A stretch of 57,819 nucleotides of DNA from Acetobacteraceae bacterium (lineage in GTDB: Bacteria; Pseudomonadota; Alphaproteobacteria; Acetobacterales; Acetobacteraceae). The stretch spans positions 1 to 57,819 of the forward strand of contig JANYCX010000135.1 in NCBI GenBank assembly GCA_025360065.1, given 5' to 3'. Positions 56,451 through 57,819 of the stretch are shown in pieces (position 1 is the stretch's first letter; each line of letters opens with the position of its first letter). A program made the position numbers and the translations under genes. The notes beneath the pieces are model-generated. The model saw only the letters and a program-made list of their open reading frames with translations. It was not told the DNA's origin and did not search any database.

Positions 56451-56807
56451 GGATTTTGGCCTGGCGGGGTTTGTGTTTCCAGGGCGGGAAAATGTCCCTT
56501 TTGCGCGGTAAACATAAATTCAAATCCTACAAAAAACTTACAATCCATTGATATATCTATGGATATAGCCCTTAAACTGAGAGCCTATTCAAGTAATTTA
56601 ATGTCGTCGACCAATTTTGGCTGCCGCCTTCAGGTTTGCGGACACGGCGCAGGAACCAAGAGGTTGTGCTCCAAGGCCGATTGTTCACACCATAAGGGAT
56701 GGTCAATTTTATTTTTGGACGGGTTGGTGAATGCCATTGTAATTTGTAGACAATTGTTGCTAGGGTTTCGTTAATAAATCCGTTAACGCGAACGGGAGGA
56801 AGGGGCA

Positions 56808-56870
56808 ATGATGTGTCTCGAGATTAGACCAAACGTTAAGCTATGTCGTTTTCTTGGGTCTGCACGATAA
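56808..56870 (+). CDS. Possible 20-codon upstream ORF (MMCLEIRPNVKLCRFLGSAR) coupled to the LuxR-type gene
   Basis: GGGAGGA SD (56794-56800) with a 7-nt spacer to ATG 56808. Its TAA stop overlaps ATG 56870 (TAATG), which is in the LuxR frame. Confidence 0.25.
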   Translation: MMCLEIRPNVKLCRFLGSAR

Positions 56871-57526
56871 TGCAAGCCCTTATCGCAACGCTCGATGCTG
56901 CTCTTTACGGTTCGGTGGCGACTCTGCTGGGTCTAACCAGTCCGGGAATCATCACTCGCCGCGCCTATAACGGCCCCGAGATCTATGCCTTGCTGGAAGG
57001 TGAGGTTTTTGCGTTCGTGTTTTTCGACACCGCGATGTCAGGGTATGGCCGCGATTTCTCCGCCGCCGCTTTGGCTGCCCGCTATCCGGATGCAAAGTTT
57101 TGCGCCCTGGGTGGGGCGACCGGGATGCGTCTGGACAGCATTCCGGTTCAAGCCGTGGCGGCGGCACCGTATAGTGGGACGAGGGCTGCGCGCCACGAGA
57201 CTACGAACCTTGCTGAGTTGCTGCACGCGGTCGGCCCGACCCAGCAGCGCAACCAGGCTGAGGACCCGACGCTTACCGGCCGGCAGCGCGACGTGTTGCG
57301 TTTGGTTCGGGAAGGCAAGTCGACCAAGGAGATCGCACGCCATCTGGAGCTTGCGGTGCCGACGGTGAAAACCCATCTCGCCGCGCTCTACCGCCAACTC
57401 GGTGTGCGCAATCGGGTTGAAGCCGCGATGACCAACGCGACACAAGCGGGGCAGTGGGTGCGCCATATGTCGGATTTGGGAGATGCACCGGTGACGCGGG
57501 CTTTGCATTTGCGCGCCGTCGGCTGA
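56843..57526 (+). CDS. LuxR/FixJ-type HTH transcriptional regulator
   Basis: C-terminal LTGRQRDVLRLVREGKSTKEIARHLELAVPTVKTHLAALYRQLGVRNRVEA. The N-terminal half is not assignable. Alternative start at ATG 56870. Confidence 0.8.
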   Translation: MSFSWVCTIMQALIATLDAALYGSVATLLGLTSPGIITRRAYNGPEIYALLEGEVFAFVFFDTAMSGYGRDFSAAALAARYPDAKFCALGGATGMRLDSIPVQAVAAAPYSGTRAARHETTNLAELLHAVGPTQQRNQAEDPTLTGRQRDVLRLVREGKSTKEIARHLELAVPTVKTHLAALYRQLGVRNRVEAAMTNATQAGQWVRHMSDLGDAPVTRALHLRAVG

Positions 57527-57638
57527 CACTGGCTAGACACCTGAAAACCACTGGCCGGCCCGGACGTTCCCTACCTTTCTTGTGGCTCGCAATGCCGGCT
57601 ATACCAGTCGCTTGGGCACCAGCAGGGGGAATGAAATC

Positions 57639-57819
57639 ATGCAACTCGGAATGATCGGCCTAGGCCGGATGGGCGGTAATATTGTCCGGCGCCTGATGCG
57701 GGCGGGACATTCCTGCGTGGTCTATGACGCCAACCCGACATCAGTCGCCGAACTTGCAGCCCTCGGGGCCGTGCCGGCAACCTCGCTGGCTGATCTTGTG
57801 GCGAAACTCGACCAAAGCC
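57639..57819 (+). CDS. gnd: 6-phosphogluconate dehydrogenase (decarboxylating)-like NAD(P)-binding protein, N-terminal fragment
   Basis: Own translation MQLGMIGLGRMGGNIVRRLMRAGHSCVVYDANP.... Rossmann motif and context resemble the short Gnd/YqeC-type enzymes. Open to the window end. Confidence 0.6.
   Translation, partial: MQLGMIGLGRMGGNIVRRLMRAGHSCVVYDANPTSVAELAALGAVPATSLADLVAKLDQS

Noticed and set aside
56559-56808. 71-aa plus-strand and 78-aa minus-strand ORFs in the AT-rich spacer as small protein genes
   Set aside because: They have no Shine-Dalgarno. Their codon usage is unlike the rest of the window, they overlap each other on opposite strands, and their sequences are Cys/Leu-rich and implausible.

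Overview
High-GC alphaproteobacterial chromosome segment; the L7/L12, L10 and S5 sequences look Sphingomonadales-like, which is inference from protein motifs only. No searches were run: every call rests on my reading of the translations and the DNA.

Layout:
- 1-11 kb: housekeeping genes (sufB fragment, Rrf2 regulator, BolA, ETF-QO, family-4 UDG, Slt-type lytic transglycosylase, moaB, TIGR02302/DUF4175-like membrane protein, lysA).
- 11-26 kb: accessory-looking stretch. It holds a conserved hypothetical, a vapBC toxin-antitoxin islet flanked by odd repeats, asparaginase, copCD, a thioesterase, an SDR, rsmB, an ECF sigma/anti-sigma pair, and a 2046-aa protein.
- 26.2-54.5 kb: the canonical rplKAJL-rpoBC-str-S10-spc-alpha ribosomal supercluster.
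- 54.5-57.8 kb: small accessory cluster (DOPA-dioxygenase-family protein, type-B carboxylesterase homologue with its nucleophile Ser replaced by Glu, AT-rich spacer, LuxR-type regulator, gnd-like fragment).

The most interesting locus is 18.3-25.8 kb. The 2046-aa protein consists of three tandem 520-620 aa Gly/Thr/Ala/Leu-rich modules, a Hedgehog/intein (Hint) autoprocessing domain and an unassigned 180-aa tail. It has no recognisable secretion signal. Its own ECF sigma/anti-sigma pair follows directly on the same strand, and the locus occupies the position next to rplK where secE-nusG normally sit.

Other notable points:
- fusA is absent between rpsG and tuf (47-nt gap).
- Ribosomal protein L5 carries a 65-aa Lys/Gly/Ala-rich N-terminal extension.
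- The rplA-rplJ leader is highly structured.
- The last codons and stop of vapC are tandemly duplicated (21 bp x2).

No rRNA, tRNA, CRISPR array, IS element or integrase was recognised. Many long ORFs in the supplied track are antisense shadows of real genes, as is typical at high GC.
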